A stretch of DNA of 64,000 nt from an uncultured Gammaproteobacteria bacterium (GTDB lineage: Bacteria; Patescibacteriota; Microgenomatia; UBA8517): contig CAYRUS010000001.1 in the NCBI GenBank assembly GCA_964427735.1, positions 290,173-354,172 of the forward strand, written 5' to 3'. The translations under genes were made by a program, and so were the position numbers. The number at the start of each line of letters is the position of its first letter. Position 1 is the first letter of the stretch. The notes under the pieces were generated by a model. The model did no database searches, was not told the origin of the DNA, and saw only the letters and a list, made by a program, of their open reading frames with translations. Shown here one piece after another: positions 18,802 through 29,107 of the stretch.

Positions 18802-20346
18802 ATGAGTGCAGAACATTCCCCAGAACACCAGAACGGTCCGATAAAAGAGGGGGGTATGTCATTCCCCGACCCCAACTCATTTATTGAAAAACATGAAGTA
18901 TCTCAAAGGAATGATACTCCAGCCGAAGGACAAGTAGAAGAACAGCAATTCGAAGAAGGTAACTTTGAAGATATAAAAGAATCAGAAGATGAAATTTCTA
19001 CTAGTCATCATCATACAATTACCAACGGAAAAGAAATAACTGAAGAAGATATCATTAATAATAACCCAATAATGACAGTCAGAACACCAGGAGGTAAAGA
19101 AATTTCTGTAAGACCAAACCAGTTAATTGAAACATTTATCCGAAGGCAAAGTGCTAATGATAGTATCAATAACGTAATAGAAAGTACTGCAGCAGCTCTA
19201 TCAAAACAAATGAGTGAAGCAAATTTAGCTGAAGCAGCTGTTCAAATAAAGACTACACTTGCATTGGAGCATATAGCTAGAATGAGAAACCCACAATTTG
19301 ATAATCTCACAACTGAAGAACAAGATCAGGAAATAATTAGAGCAGCTAATTTAATTGAAACAACAACATCAATACTCGAAAGATCACAAACTCAACGTGC
19401 AAAAGCTGACTATCTTCAATCAGTATACAGATCGTTAGGTGAAGCAATGGCAAGAAATATTGTTAGCTGGAAATTGATGCCTCCCGAGGTAAGATCAGAA
19501 ATTTTAAGTCTATCACGAGACATAGCACATGGTTTAAAACTAGAAACTTTGGGTAACATCGCACCAGATGTATTTAAGAGAGGACTAGATTATGAAAGAC
19601 AACTATTTTTAACTCGTGCAGAAGCGGAAGAAGCTGCACGAAGAGCGAAGTTAGTTACTATGAAACAAGAGAAGGAAATTGAACATTCTGCGGCAATGCA
19701 GAAAATAGCTAAAGAAACTAAAGCTTGGGAAGAAGCTATAAAGGTTGGTGGTGAAGGAATAAAAACAGCCGTTAGAGAAACTATAACTACACCAATAGAA
19801 AAAATAGCTGTTGATATTCCAAGCAAAGCCATCGGAGAGTTAAGAAAGCATATTACTGGTTTTATAGGTGATATTAAATATATACTTACAAATTCAGAAG
19901 ATGGTGCGATACATGGATTTCCTGGTGCATTCGGAAAAGCATGGGATAGTTTTACTAAGAATATATCTACCAGACAAGTGTCTGGCGGTTTTGCTGGTGC
20001 CGGAGTTGCAATGTTCTATGGTATAAAAGTAAGTTATGGGTTACTAGTAAGTACAGTAGGTTTAGAAGTCCCTGTCTTGTCCAATTTGGTTCTATATGGT
20101 TTACCTTCTCTAGCAACAATCGCAGGATTTGCTACAGGAGGGGTTATTGCTAAAAATGCTCCACGCTGGTGGCATCAACTAAGGCATAGAGGAGAAAGTG
20201 TATCAAACTATTATGAAGAAGATGAAAACGATAGTTATGGTAGCCGATCAGCAACACGAACTGGGTATTTACCTGGGTTTTTAAATATAAGAAGTGGGCA
20301 AGGGCAACCTGAAGAAGAAAGTTCTGTTGATGAATGGGGGCATTAG
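18802..20346 (+). CDS. Hypothetical protein, long helical/coiled-coil body with two C-terminal Gly-rich TM segments
   Basis: 514-aa ORF; no recognisable family. Confidence 0.75.
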   Translation: MSAEHSPEHQNGPIKEGGMSFPDPNSFIEKHEVSQRNDTPAEGQVEEQQFEEGNFEDIKESEDEISTSHHHTITNGKEITEEDIINNNPIMTVRTPGGKEISVRPNQLIETFIRRQSANDSINNVIESTAAALSKQMSEANLAEAAVQIKTTLALEHIARMRNPQFDNLTTEEQDQEIIRAANLIETTTSILERSQTQRAKADYLQSVYRSLGEAMARNIVSWKLMPPEVRSEILSLSRDIAHGLKLETLGNIAPDVFKRGLDYERQLFLTRAEAEEAARRAKLVTMKQEKEIEHSAAMQKIAKETKAWEEAIKVGGEGIKTAVRETITTPIEKIAVDIPSKAIGELRKHITGFIGDIKYILTNSEDGAIHGFPGAFGKAWDSFTKNISTRQVSGGFAGAGVAMFYGIKVSYGLLVSTVGLEVPVLSNLVLYGLPSLATIAGFATGGVIAKNAPRWWHQLRHRGESVSNYYEEDENDSYGSRSATRTGYLPGFLNIRSGQGQPEEESSVDEWGH

Positions 20347-20374
20347 GATTAATTAATCTGCTCAACAACTTCTT

Positions 20375-21466
20375 ATGAAAGCAGAAAATCAAAAAAACAC
20401 ATCCCAATCTGTCGAATCTGTAAAAATATACCCTCCCCTTTTGGGTATTGCTCCCCATCAGGTAATACCTGATTTGCCAAGCAAGGCAAGAAGAGGAAAT
20501 GAAGTTATTTCTGCATTAGAAAATCTCAAGAAAGCAATGTCGACTCACGAATCAAAGGTAATATTTAACCCTGTCGACGGTGACACATACTTCTTAACTG
20601 CACATATTCCCAATTTAAACAAAGATCTAGTATTTTTCAGAAATTTCACAGATGAAGGTGTTTTAGATAAAGAAATAGAGAAGAAAATGCTTCGTTATTT
20701 TTATGAAACAGTCGGGATATTAAATGAGGATGATCTAAGAATAATAAGTGAATATCGAAAAAGAAGTTCTACCCCTCAATTAAGGCCCCAGCCTTCAGCA
20801 CCAATTGTTAGTAAAAGAAGAGAGCCTAGACGAAAAATGGCAAAAAATCCTGTTGAGGAAATCAAACAAGGTGACTTTTCAAATACACCTTCAAAAGTGG
20901 CAACTTCTGAAGTTTATCATGAACAAGAAGGAAACAACCCACTAATTACTAAAAGTGGATATCAAACTAATAAGGAAGAAGAAGCTTTGGGCAGTAATTC
21001 AAGCACTTTAAATCTCGCTCCTGTTTTTTATAAACTAATACAAAAAGGTTTTTTTCCATCTAATAAGCAAATACTGTACCATGATCAACTGCCTTTATCA
21101 GAATCTCTTGATTTAGATATATTTGCTAAAGAGTTCAACTTGACTGTCAGGGAAGCTCTTGATGATGGCAAAAGTAAAGCTGTTATGTACATTGCTATAA
21201 CAGAACTAGTAGAACATTTTCCCAAGGAGACAATAATAAATTCATGGTCAGAAATAGCAAACCTAGGAAAAGAATATTTAGCTCAAATAAATAGGGATAA
21301 AGATCCATTAATACCCAAATTAACTTATTTGGAAGACACTAAATCTATTGTCTTAGTTGGTTTACTTCCGACTAATGAGGATGCAGAATACATAGAAATT
21401 ATGATCAATCTAGTAATATGGAGTTTTACTAGCCTACAAAGTATGCTAAAATCGCAAAATATATAA
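20375..21466 (+). CDS. Hypothetical protein
   Basis: 363-aa ORF in line with its neighbours. Confidence 0.7.
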   Translation: MKAENQKNTSQSVESVKIYPPLLGIAPHQVIPDLPSKARRGNEVISALENLKKAMSTHESKVIFNPVDGDTYFLTAHIPNLNKDLVFFRNFTDEGVLDKEIEKKMLRYFYETVGILNEDDLRIISEYRKRSSTPQLRPQPSAPIVSKRREPRRKMAKNPVEEIKQGDFSNTPSKVATSEVYHEQEGNNPLITKSGYQTNKEEEALGSNSSTLNLAPVFYKLIQKGFFPSNKQILYHDQLPLSESLDLDIFAKEFNLTVREALDDGKSKAVMYIAITELVEHFPKETIINSWSEIANLGKEYLAQINRDKDPLIPKLTYLEDTKSIVLVGLLPTNEDAEYIEIMINLVIWSFTSLQSMLKSQNI

Positions 21467-21505
21467 AAATGGCCAACTATTTTGTAAATATAACAATAAA
21501 AAACC

Positions 21506-22222
21506 ATGACAGAATTAACGGCTCGAGAAAAATTTACCAGAGTTGGATTAACAGGCCTTTTAGGGTTAATTTTCGCTAGTATTGGCTATAAATACGTGTC
21601 TAACGAAATGGGAATCGAAATAGAAGTTCTGGAAGAGATGTTCTCTAGCAATGGAAGATCTCCATCTTCTCAATTACCAACCTCAATTTATACATCAACA
21701 CTAACTCCAGCAGAAAATCAAGTAATATCTCCAACATTAACATCTCAACCTCAAGAAGTACAAAGTCAACTTGAATCCCTGATAGAACATTCGGAAAAAG
21801 TAGCCGCATTCTTAAGGCAACTTGAGAAACGAGAAGCTGATTTAAAATATGAAAATATATATTACCCAGCGGGAGAGCTACACAGTGCACCTGTCGGAGA
21901 AATTGTAATAGCATCTCACTACCACGACAAATATAATGGAAGTAAAACGTCCTCAGGAGAAATATTTAATCAAAACAGTGATATTTGTGCCACCTGGGGT
22001 TATCCTTTGGAAACTGAACTAACTATAATAAATATATCTAATGGAAGAACAGCCAGATGCAGAGTTAAAGATAGAGGACCAAATAGATATATAGATGGTA
22101 ACCCATCTAATACTTCATTTTTAGACCTTACACAATCAACATTCGATTATTTAGCACCTCTCACTGAAGGGGTTATAGAGGTAATGGTATTTCCAACTGG
22201 GCACCCTGCATATAGACCATAG
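21506..22222 (+). CDS. RlpA-like double-psi beta-barrel lytic transglycosylase, membrane-anchored
   Basis: ASHY, TSSGE.F, V.DRGP, LDLT..TF. Confidence 0.85.
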   Translation: MTELTAREKFTRVGLTGLLGLIFASIGYKYVSNEMGIEIEVLEEMFSSNGRSPSSQLPTSIYTSTLTPAENQVISPTLTSQPQEVQSQLESLIEHSEKVAAFLRQLEKREADLKYENIYYPAGELHSAPVGEIVIASHYHDKYNGSKTSSGEIFNQNSDICATWGYPLETELTIINISNGRTARCRVKDRGPNRYIDGNPSNTSFLDLTQSTFDYLAPLTEGVIEVMVFPTGHPAYRP

Positions 22223-22245
22223 AAAAATTTAAATAGAAGTTTTAT

Positions 22246-22674
22246 TTACTGGATAGTTACCTGAATTGTATCTGAACCTACATTACCTTCAGTGTCAGTT
22301 GCTTCTGCTGAGATTTCGTATGTTCCTGGCTCATACGAAGAGCTATGAAATTGTGCTTGACAAAAATTACCCTCACAAGTATGTAAAAGCTCGTCTTGTA
22401 TATAAAGGGATATTGTCTTGACTATCTCAGAATCATCTTCTGCCTGAGCAGAAACAGTATAGGTAGAATTCATATCAAGAGTTGCTCCATTTTCTGGATT
22501 AAATACTGCAACCATTGGAGGTTTAATATCTTTAACGTTTAAACCAGCCCTGCCTGTAATATCTTGCTCACGACTGACTAAAACCACACCAGTTGCAATA
22601 CCTATCAGAAGAACAGCTACGAAGGAGATCTCTACAACTTTTTTTGCAAAAATAGTGGGCTGTTTGTTGCTCAT
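22246..22674 (-). CDS. Membrane-anchored Ig-like domain protein
   Basis: TM helix, P.V...P.NGA, G.Y.I.A.A.D..GN. Confidence 0.75.
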   Translation of the reverse strand: MSNKQPTIFAKKVVEISFVAVLLIGIATGVVLVSREQDITGRAGLNVKDIKPPMVAVFNPENGATLDMNSTYTVSAQAEDDSEIVKTISLYIQDELLHTCEGNFCQAQFHSSSYEPGTYEISAEATDTEGNVGSDTIQVTIQ

Positions 22675-22697
22675 TAATCGATACTCTCTAAATAATA

Positions 22698-23390
22698 TTA
22701 CTCTTCAAAAACTATACTTTCAAGATCTACGTCTAGGTCAGATAAAATCTCCTGTATATCCTTGAGCATGGCTTTTGGTCCACAAACATAAAAATGTTGA
22801 TTAAAGCTTTTTATATGCTTTTTTAGAAAATCTTTATCAATTCTACCTTGCTCATATCCCATTGCATCTTCACGAGTGAGAGTTAAAACCAGATCGTCTT
22901 TAAAATAATGTCTAAGTTCTTTTTCCTGAATTATGTCTTTTTTCCCCTTATTAGAATAGAGTAGACTGCTTCCTTTCAGCTCGCCCTTGTTGTACAAATC
23001 TCTAAAAATAGCAATGAAGGGTGTTATACCCGCTCCACCCGCAATAAAAACTCCAGTACCTTTGTATTGTATAGTCCCCCAAGGATCACCAATGATTAAT
23101 TCATCTCCTGGAGAAAGTTGATGCAATTTTTCTGTTACTCCTTCGTGATTAGGATAGTCTGCCACAGGGTAGCCTTTAATGGTAAATTCCAAAACTTTAT
23201 CGTCATTTAAAGAGGTAAATGTGAATGGGTGTTTTTTATCCTTAAACCCTTCAATGTTTATTGCAACTTCTGTAGCTTGACCTGGAGTGTATTTATATCC
23301 ATCTGGCTTTTCTATAATAAACCTCTTTGTGTCATGAGTTACAAATTGCTTCATCAATATCTTAACTGTGTATTCCATAGTATTTATCAT
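22698..23390 (-). CDS. FAD/NAD(P)-binding oxidoreductase (ferredoxin/flavodoxin reductase family)
   Basis: PFTFTS, IAGGAGITPF, FYVCGP. Confidence 0.9.
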   Translation of the reverse strand: MINTMEYTVKILMKQFVTHDTKRFIIEKPDGYKYTPGQATEVAINIEGFKDKKHPFTFTSLNDDKVLEFTIKGYPVADYPNHEGVTEKLHQLSPGDELIIGDPWGTIQYKGTGVFIAGGAGITPFIAIFRDLYNKGELKGSSLLYSNKGKKDIIQEKELRHYFKDDLVLTLTREDAMGYEQGRIDKDFLKKHIKSFNQHFYVCGPKAMLKDIQEILSDLDVDLESIVFEE

Positions 23391-23459
23391 ACCTCATTTT
23401 TGCATTTGATTCACATACTAATTCTGTTATAGTTTGTCGTATTGAAACGAGTAAAAATT

Positions 23460-24911
23460 ATGCACAATCCACTGTCCCATCCTTTTGCATTCATAGATGT
23501 TGAAACAACTGGAATAAATCCAGTAGCAGATAGAATTATAGAAGTAGGAATCGTAAGAGTTGAGAATGGCAAAGTTGTACATAAGTTCCAAACACTCGTC
23601 AACCCTCACTCCTTTGTACCTCCAGAGATCGTACAGCTAACAGGAATATCAACAATACAACTAGAAAGAGCTCCGGACTTTACAGAGATTCAAGGACAAA
23701 TAAAAGAAGTTTTAGATGGTGCAATTTTTGTTGCTCATAATGCTCGCTTTGACTATGCATTTGTAAAAAACGAATTTAAGAGAAACGGTAATAGCTTTAC
23801 TTCTAAAGTTCTCTGCACTGTAAAGTTATCCAGAAAACTTTTTCCTTCACTTCCCCGCCACAACTTGGACACCATAATACAACACTTTGCTATTACAGCC
23901 GAAAAGCGACATCGTGCTTTTGATGATGCCCATGTCCTATGGAAATTCTTCAAATTGGCTCAAAAGCAACGTGCAGAAGAATTTGAAAAAGTTTTACAAG
24001 CATTATTAAAAACTCCATCAATTCCGCCGAAACTCTCAGACAGTAAATTAAATAATCTTCCAGAAAGTCCTGGTGTTTATAGTTTTTTAAACAAAGACGG
24101 ATTAACTCTTTATATTGGTAAAAGTAAAAATATAAAAGAAAGAATCAAATCTCACTTTACAAATGACCACCAAAGTCTGAAGGAATTAAAAATTTCTAAA
24201 AATATAGCCTCTATTGAAACGCTAAAAACAGCAGGAGAGTTGGGTGCATTAGTCAGGGAATCACAAATGATAAAAACAATACAACCTTTGTACAACAGAC
24301 AACTGAGAAGAACAAAAAGCTTACTAGCAGTTATACAAGTTCCGGATAAAGACAATTACTACAAAGCAGAATTTGTAAATGCAAATTCAATTACAGAAGA
24401 AAATGTTGAAAGTGTACTTGCAGTATTCAAAAGTAAGAAACAGGCAAAAGCCACATTAGCTGAGATTGCTTTTAAACATAATTTATGTCCAAAACTCCTC
24501 GGACTAGAAAAAGGAACTGGTTCTTGCTTCAATTACCAACTGGATAAATGCAAAGGAGCATGCATATACAAAGAAAACTCTCTGATTTATAACCTACGAG
24601 TTATAGAAGCCTTTTCTAAATTCCGCATTCCCCCATGGCCTTTCGAAAACATTATATTAATTTCAGAGGAGTCAGAGGAATTCACAGAACAACACATTGT
24701 CTATAAATGGTTCTATCTTGGATCTATAGTAATAGACAAAACAAGTAATGACTCAAAAATTAACAAACACGAAGTAAAATTTGATTATGATATGTACAAG
24801 ATAATTAAAAACTATATAAAGTCTGCTCCTAAAAACGTATCTATTACTAACATCACCAAACTAGAAGAATTAAGGCAGTCTCTTAGAAACGGTTTACTAC
24901 CGCTTAATTAA
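23460..24911 (+). CDS. DEDDh (DnaQ-like) exonuclease fused to a UvrC/Cho-type GIY-YIG domain
   Basis: DVETTG, AHNARFD, HRAFDDA; PGVY...YIGKS; C-terminal Cys cluster. Confidence 0.9.
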   Translation: MHNPLSHPFAFIDVETTGINPVADRIIEVGIVRVENGKVVHKFQTLVNPHSFVPPEIVQLTGISTIQLERAPDFTEIQGQIKEVLDGAIFVAHNARFDYAFVKNEFKRNGNSFTSKVLCTVKLSRKLFPSLPRHNLDTIIQHFAITAEKRHRAFDDAHVLWKFFKLAQKQRAEEFEKVLQALLKTPSIPPKLSDSKLNNLPESPGVYSFLNKDGLTLYIGKSKNIKERIKSHFTNDHQSLKELKISKNIASIETLKTAGELGALVRESQMIKTIQPLYNRQLRRTKSLLAVIQVPDKDNYYKAEFVNANSITEENVESVLAVFKSKKQAKATLAEIAFKHNLCPKLLGLEKGTGSCFNYQLDKCKGACIYKENSLIYNLRVIEAFSKFRIPPWPFENIILISEESEEFTEQHIVYKWFYLGSIVIDKTSNDSKINKHEVKFDYDMYKIIKNYIKSAPKNVSITNITKLEELRQSLRNGLLPLN

Positions 24912-25556
24912 ATTCATCAAAAATATAAAAATTATATCTATTACTATTGGTACTAGTAAAAAGAGTGATGCATTTTTAAAAAGATTATTAATAAGTTCTT
25001 GTCTCTCTGCTGAAAAATCTACAGTTATATTTACACCGAGTAATTTATAGCCCGCAAAAAGAACCAAAAAAATAACACCAACTATCCAAAAACCCTCTGT
25101 ATCCTTTTTACTTAAAAACATGGTGTTAGAAACTTGAAATATCAAATATACAGCAAACAAAGAAAATAAAAGATTTTCTGGAAATAAGTTCCTTGAAGTT
25201 ATCCAATAAATTATAAAAAAAATAATTGCTAGTCCAAATAATAAAGGTGCCAAACCAACTATCAAGCGTCTGAAGGGATCTGTTTTACCAATTGGAACAC
25301 TTCCTAATTTTAAATTATCTCCATCTTTTCGAGGCATTAGCTCGATATTCCCTACAGGAACTAATAAAAATAAGGCACTTAAAAAATGAGCAGTTTCATG
25401 AATAAATGTACCCGGCAAAAAAATTAAAGCAAATATCTTTTCAACTTTGGAATCTTTCCGAAAAACTTTATATAAAAACCTCATAGTGGAATAGATCAAC
25501 CTTTTTGATAAAAACAGAAGAATCACAAGTTCAATTAAAAAAATATAAATATACAT
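24897..25556 (-). CDS. Membrane protein with HExxH motif (M50-like)
   Basis: PGTFIHETAH, G.AP, several TMs. Confidence 0.7.
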   Translation of the reverse strand: MYIYIFLIELVILLFLSKRLIYSTMRFLYKVFRKDSKVEKIFALIFLPGTFIHETAHFLSALFLLVPVGNIELMPRKDGDNLKLGSVPIGKTDPFRRLIVGLAPLLFGLAIIFFIIYWITSRNLFPENLLFSLFAVYLIFQVSNTMFLSKKDTEGFWIVGVIFLVLFAGYKLLGVNITVDFSAERQELINNLFKNASLFLLVPIVIDIIFIFLMNLIKR

Positions 25557-25691
25557 ACACTTATTCTATATTATTATTCTATCCTTTCTCCAAATATCTA
25601 ATAAACCTAATAAAATTGGTGTGTAAATTTATTTAATGAAGAACAAGACCTTGAAAGGAGACTCCCTTAAAGGTAGTCGCACAATTTACTT

Positions 25692-26393
25692 TTAAATTGT
25701 ATTGATTCTACTGCACACAGGCCATGCGCCAAATCCGTCTCTACTCATCTTGAAGGCGGCGGTTTTGGCAGCTTCTTCTGGATTAAATCTTAAACCTGGA
25801 TCAGGGTTTAGTCCCATGGCTTTTCTATTTGATTGCCAAGTTGATGATGAGAATTGATAAATACCAGCATAAGGTCCATTAACAGCACTGGGGTTGTAAC
25901 CAGATTCACAACTTGCAATGCTTAACATTCTACCTGCATCTACACCATATTCATTTGCATATCTCACAATCATTTGTTGAACTTCAGTATCTGCAGGTAG
26001 AGATTCTATCTCTTCAATATCTTCTGCTATTTGAGAGGGCAAAGGAGGTGCTGTAGCTGCCAATACTTCTACATTATTTATTTTCTCTTCCCGATGTATG
26101 GATACAGACGCAACCCGAATATTGGGTTTACCTAGATCTTCCCTAGCTTTTACTATTTTTTTGTTTAAATGAGTGGTGTCTTTGTTCGACTCTGATATGT
26201 TTACTTTATCAATATAATAATCAACTGTATCATGTATTTCATTTTGTTCTTTGGAATTTGATATAAAAATATCATTTTCGGCAATAGAAGCCCCTGCCGT
26301 GTTTAATAAAATAAAGGCAGCCACAACAATAGTAAGGTCATAAGCTAATGTAATTAGCTCAAAAATGACACCTTTTGCAAAAGTTTTTTGCAT
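25692..26393 (-). CDS. Lysozyme-fold transglycosylase (SLT/Rpf-like), membrane-anchored
   Basis: IASCESGYN, YAGIYQF...TW, AWPVC. Confidence 0.85.
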   Translation of the reverse strand: MQKTFAKGVIFELITLAYDLTIVVAAFILLNTAGASIAENDIFISNSKEQNEIHDTVDYYIDKVNISESNKDTTHLNKKIVKAREDLGKPNIRVASVSIHREEKINNVEVLAATAPPLPSQIAEDIEEIESLPADTEVQQMIVRYANEYGVDAGRMLSIASCESGYNPSAVNGPYAGIYQFSSSTWQSNRKAMGLNPDPGLRFNPEEAAKTAAFKMSRDGFGAWPVCSRINTI

Positions 26394-26626
26394 TAGCCGA
26401 GTATTTTACTCCCAAAAACCCTATAATTCAAGTAAATAAGCTGGGTTTTGACACTAACTTATGCGGAATTAGCCTCAAATCTATTAGAATTTCCTTTTCA
26501 CGACGGGGAGTGAAACATGATTTTACTAGTTAAATTTTGACGCTCCGGAAGAGGTTTTTTCAAAATCTTTAAAGTCTCTTACATTTATTTGCTACCAAAT
26601 TTAAACAACTTAACTAAAATTTTAGT

Positions 26627-27301
26627 ATGGAAGACAGATGGAGTATTGATATCGAATTTTTGGAACAAGGAGATATTTTCTTTTTTTACAAACTAAAAAA
26701 GGGTGTTAAAAGTGCATCTAGTATTGATGATGTCAGTAGATTTTATTTTGTACTCTCCCCTACAGGGAATAATCCACGAAGATATATAGTTATGGGTAAA
26801 AAAAGAATGCCTTATATAAATGACGGAGGAAAAACAGGTTGGGGGTTTATTGAAAAAGTTGGTGGAAGAGGTTATGAAGTTTCAAAGGAATCAAGATCTA
26901 AAAAAGCAACAAAAAGAGGAGCTCGGCCAGTAGGAGAGGGCTTATACTCTATTGCTCGCCACAGAGATCATACTCACCTTTTTTTTGTTTTAGAGTTACC
27001 AAAAAGACCAGGTGAAGTACAAAATGCACTAAATATAAAACGGCGTGGAGACTTTATATTTAATATTCAAACTGAAGAGGATAAAGGCGGAAACAAGTTC
27101 ATTCCAGTCTCTGACTCAAACGCTTTAAATATTGAGGGGAGAGAATTACTACTAACTGGTGTAGGAGCAAACTTGTCACGGCTAGGAATTAAAGTTGATT
27201 CTGATATTGAAACCGAAGAAACAGCTGAAATATTTACTAGACTGAAAGTAGATAAAACTCGCCATCCAATATCTCCTTTAATAAAAGGTGAATGGGCTTA
27301 A
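26627..27301 (+). CDS. Conserved hypothetical protein
   Basis: LEQGDIFFFY, ARPVGEG.Y, HTHL..LELP pattern of an uncharacterised family. Confidence 0.75.
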   Translation: MEDRWSIDIEFLEQGDIFFFYKLKKGVKSASSIDDVSRFYFVLSPTGNNPRRYIVMGKKRMPYINDGGKTGWGFIEKVGGRGYEVSKESRSKKATKRGARPVGEGLYSIARHRDHTHLFFVLELPKRPGEVQNALNIKRRGDFIFNIQTEEDKGGNKFIPVSDSNALNIEGRELLLTGVGANLSRLGIKVDSDIETEETAEIFTRLKVDKTRHPISPLIKGEWA

Positions 27302-27548
27302 AGTAAGTACTTTTGAATAAAGTCATTATCTTTTGGTATATCTTCTTCTTATACGTTTTTGTTCTTTATGGTTAGATCCTGTCTTTCCTAAAAACCTTTG
27401 TATAAGTAATTTTGAGATAATAGGATTTACATATTTGTCATTGGAGGTTTGTGTAACTTTGAATCTTTCCTTTCCAGCCATAGATTAAGATTAGCCAAAA
27501 TAACCAACAATATCAACTATAAGATTAAAGAGATATTTAGCCCAATGA

Positions 27549-28112
27549 TTATTGGCAACTAGGCCACATAGAGATGCCTCCTCTTACCATAAAAAATGCA
27601 GCTGTTTTCATTGATTCCTCTGCGTTAAACCTTAACTCAGGATTTGGATCCAATCCCATTATGTTTCTATTTTCAATCCAGCGTGATTCTGTATACTGAT
27701 ACATACCTCCATAGGCTCCGTTTTTAGCAGTTGAATTAAAATTACTCTCACATTTAGCTATTTTTTTTAATAGGTTTTTATCAACACCATACTGATTAGC
27801 TACACTCTCAAAAAGAGATTCTAAATCGGCAGGGGCACTAATAGTTGGTGTTTCAGTAGGCTGTGGTACAGGAGTAGGAGTTGCTGTAATTGTTGGCATT
27901 GGCTCAATTGTAGGAGTTGAGGTAGGAGTTGGTGTTGTAGGTAAAGGAGTTTCTGTCTCTTCTGGCAAAGAAGTAGTAGCTAGCTTGTTTTCTTGGGTAA
28001 TTGATTCTCCTAAAACAACAGTTTGCTTATTCCTAGGAAAATAACCCGAGATTACTGACAAGATCACCACTAGTGCAACAATTACCAAAGAAATTAGGAT
28101 ATTGGTTTTCAT
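27549..28112 (-). CDS. Lysozyme-fold transglycosylase (SLT/Rpf-like) on a Pro/Thr stalk
   Basis: TM, PT-rich linker, IAKCESNFN, YGGMYQY, WPSC. Confidence 0.85.
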   Translation of the reverse strand: MKTNILISLVIVALVVILSVISGYFPRNKQTVVLGESITQENKLATTSLPEETETPLPTTPTPTSTPTIEPMPTITATPTPVPQPTETPTISAPADLESLFESVANQYGVDKNLLKKIAKCESNFNSTAKNGAYGGMYQYTESRWIENRNIMGLDPNPELRFNAEESMKTAAFFMVRGGISMWPSCQ

Positions 28113-28171
28113 TGCTTTTAAAGTATACCAGCATTTACATTGCCAGAATAAGTTATAATAAGTTTTAGAAA

Positions 28172-28693
28172 ATGGAAAATGCAATATTTGCAGGTGGATG
28201 TTTTTGGTGTACTGAGGCTCTTTTTAAAAGAATAAAAGGTGTACAAAAAGTAATACCTGGCTATACAGGTGGAAAAAGCGAAAACCCTAATTACAAAGAT
28301 GTATCTTCAGGACAAACAGGGCATGCAGAAGCAATCCGAGTTACTTTTGATCCAAAAAAAATCTCTTATCAGGATTTGCTTTATATATTTTTCAGAGTAC
28401 ACGATCCTACAACCTTAAATAAACAAGGAGCTGATGTCGGAACTCAATACAGATCAGCTATTTTTTACAGTAATGAAACTCAAAAAGATTTTGCTAGTAA
28501 AGCAAAATTAGAAGCACAAAAAATTTATAACGACCCAATTGTTACAGAAATTGTACCGCTTAACGATTTCTACCCGGCAGAGAATTATCATCAAAATTAT
28601 TATGAAAACAACCCTAACCAAACATATTGCAAAATTGTCATTGACCCTAAAATCAAAAAGCTGGAAACTGAACTACAAGAATACATAAGTTAA
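28172..28693 (+). CDS. msrA: Peptide-methionine (S)-S-oxide reductase
   Basis: GGCFWCTE, GHAE, QYRSAIF, AENYHQNY. Confidence 0.97.
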   Translation: MENAIFAGGCFWCTEALFKRIKGVQKVIPGYTGGKSENPNYKDVSSGQTGHAEAIRVTFDPKKISYQDLLYIFFRVHDPTTLNKQGADVGTQYRSAIFYSNETQKDFASKAKLEAQKIYNDPIVTEIVPLNDFYPAENYHQNYYENNPNQTYCKIVIDPKIKKLETELQEYIS

Positions 28694-28733
28694 GATTGCC
28701 TAATTATTTTTATACCAATATAATTGATACATC

Positions 28734-29099
28734 ATGGCAAAAATCATATCAGTATTTGCACTTCTAGTTATCGTAATAGCAGGTTTTCTCTTTATTAAAA
28801 ATGAGAACTCCTCAAATGAAAACCCACCTAATGAAATTAACCAAAAAAATATAAATATACAACCAACACAGGGTATGATTACTGAGATTAGTGAAGAATC
28901 CATAGAATATAAAGATTCTATTCTTGTTAAATTGGAAAATGATCCAACAAACATTTATGTGACAAACGAAACCCAGGTGAAAGACGCAGATGGAAACTCA
29001 CTAGAAAGAGAAGTTCTTAATACTGGAATGCAAGTTGCAGTTATTGCCGAACCCACAGAAGGCGGAATCGAAGCAAGAGAAGTAATTGTAATAAAGTAA
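28734..29099 (+). CDS. Hypothetical membrane-anchored protein (OB-fold-like)
   Basis: Signal anchor; G.I......V...T.V......L..G..V pattern. Confidence 0.65.
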   Translation: MAKIISVFALLVIVIAGFLFIKNENSSNENPPNEINQKNINIQPTQGMITEISEESIEYKDSILVKLENDPTNIYVTNETQVKDADGNSLEREVLNTGMQVAVIAEPTEGGIEAREVIVIK

Positions 29100-29107
29100 A
29101 TTTTATT

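Noticed and set aside
25692-28200. c-di-AMP (ydaO) riboswitch upstream of the wall hydrolases
   Set aside because: Looked for it because of cdaA; conserved GCTGAATCC and GGGGGAA-type elements not found
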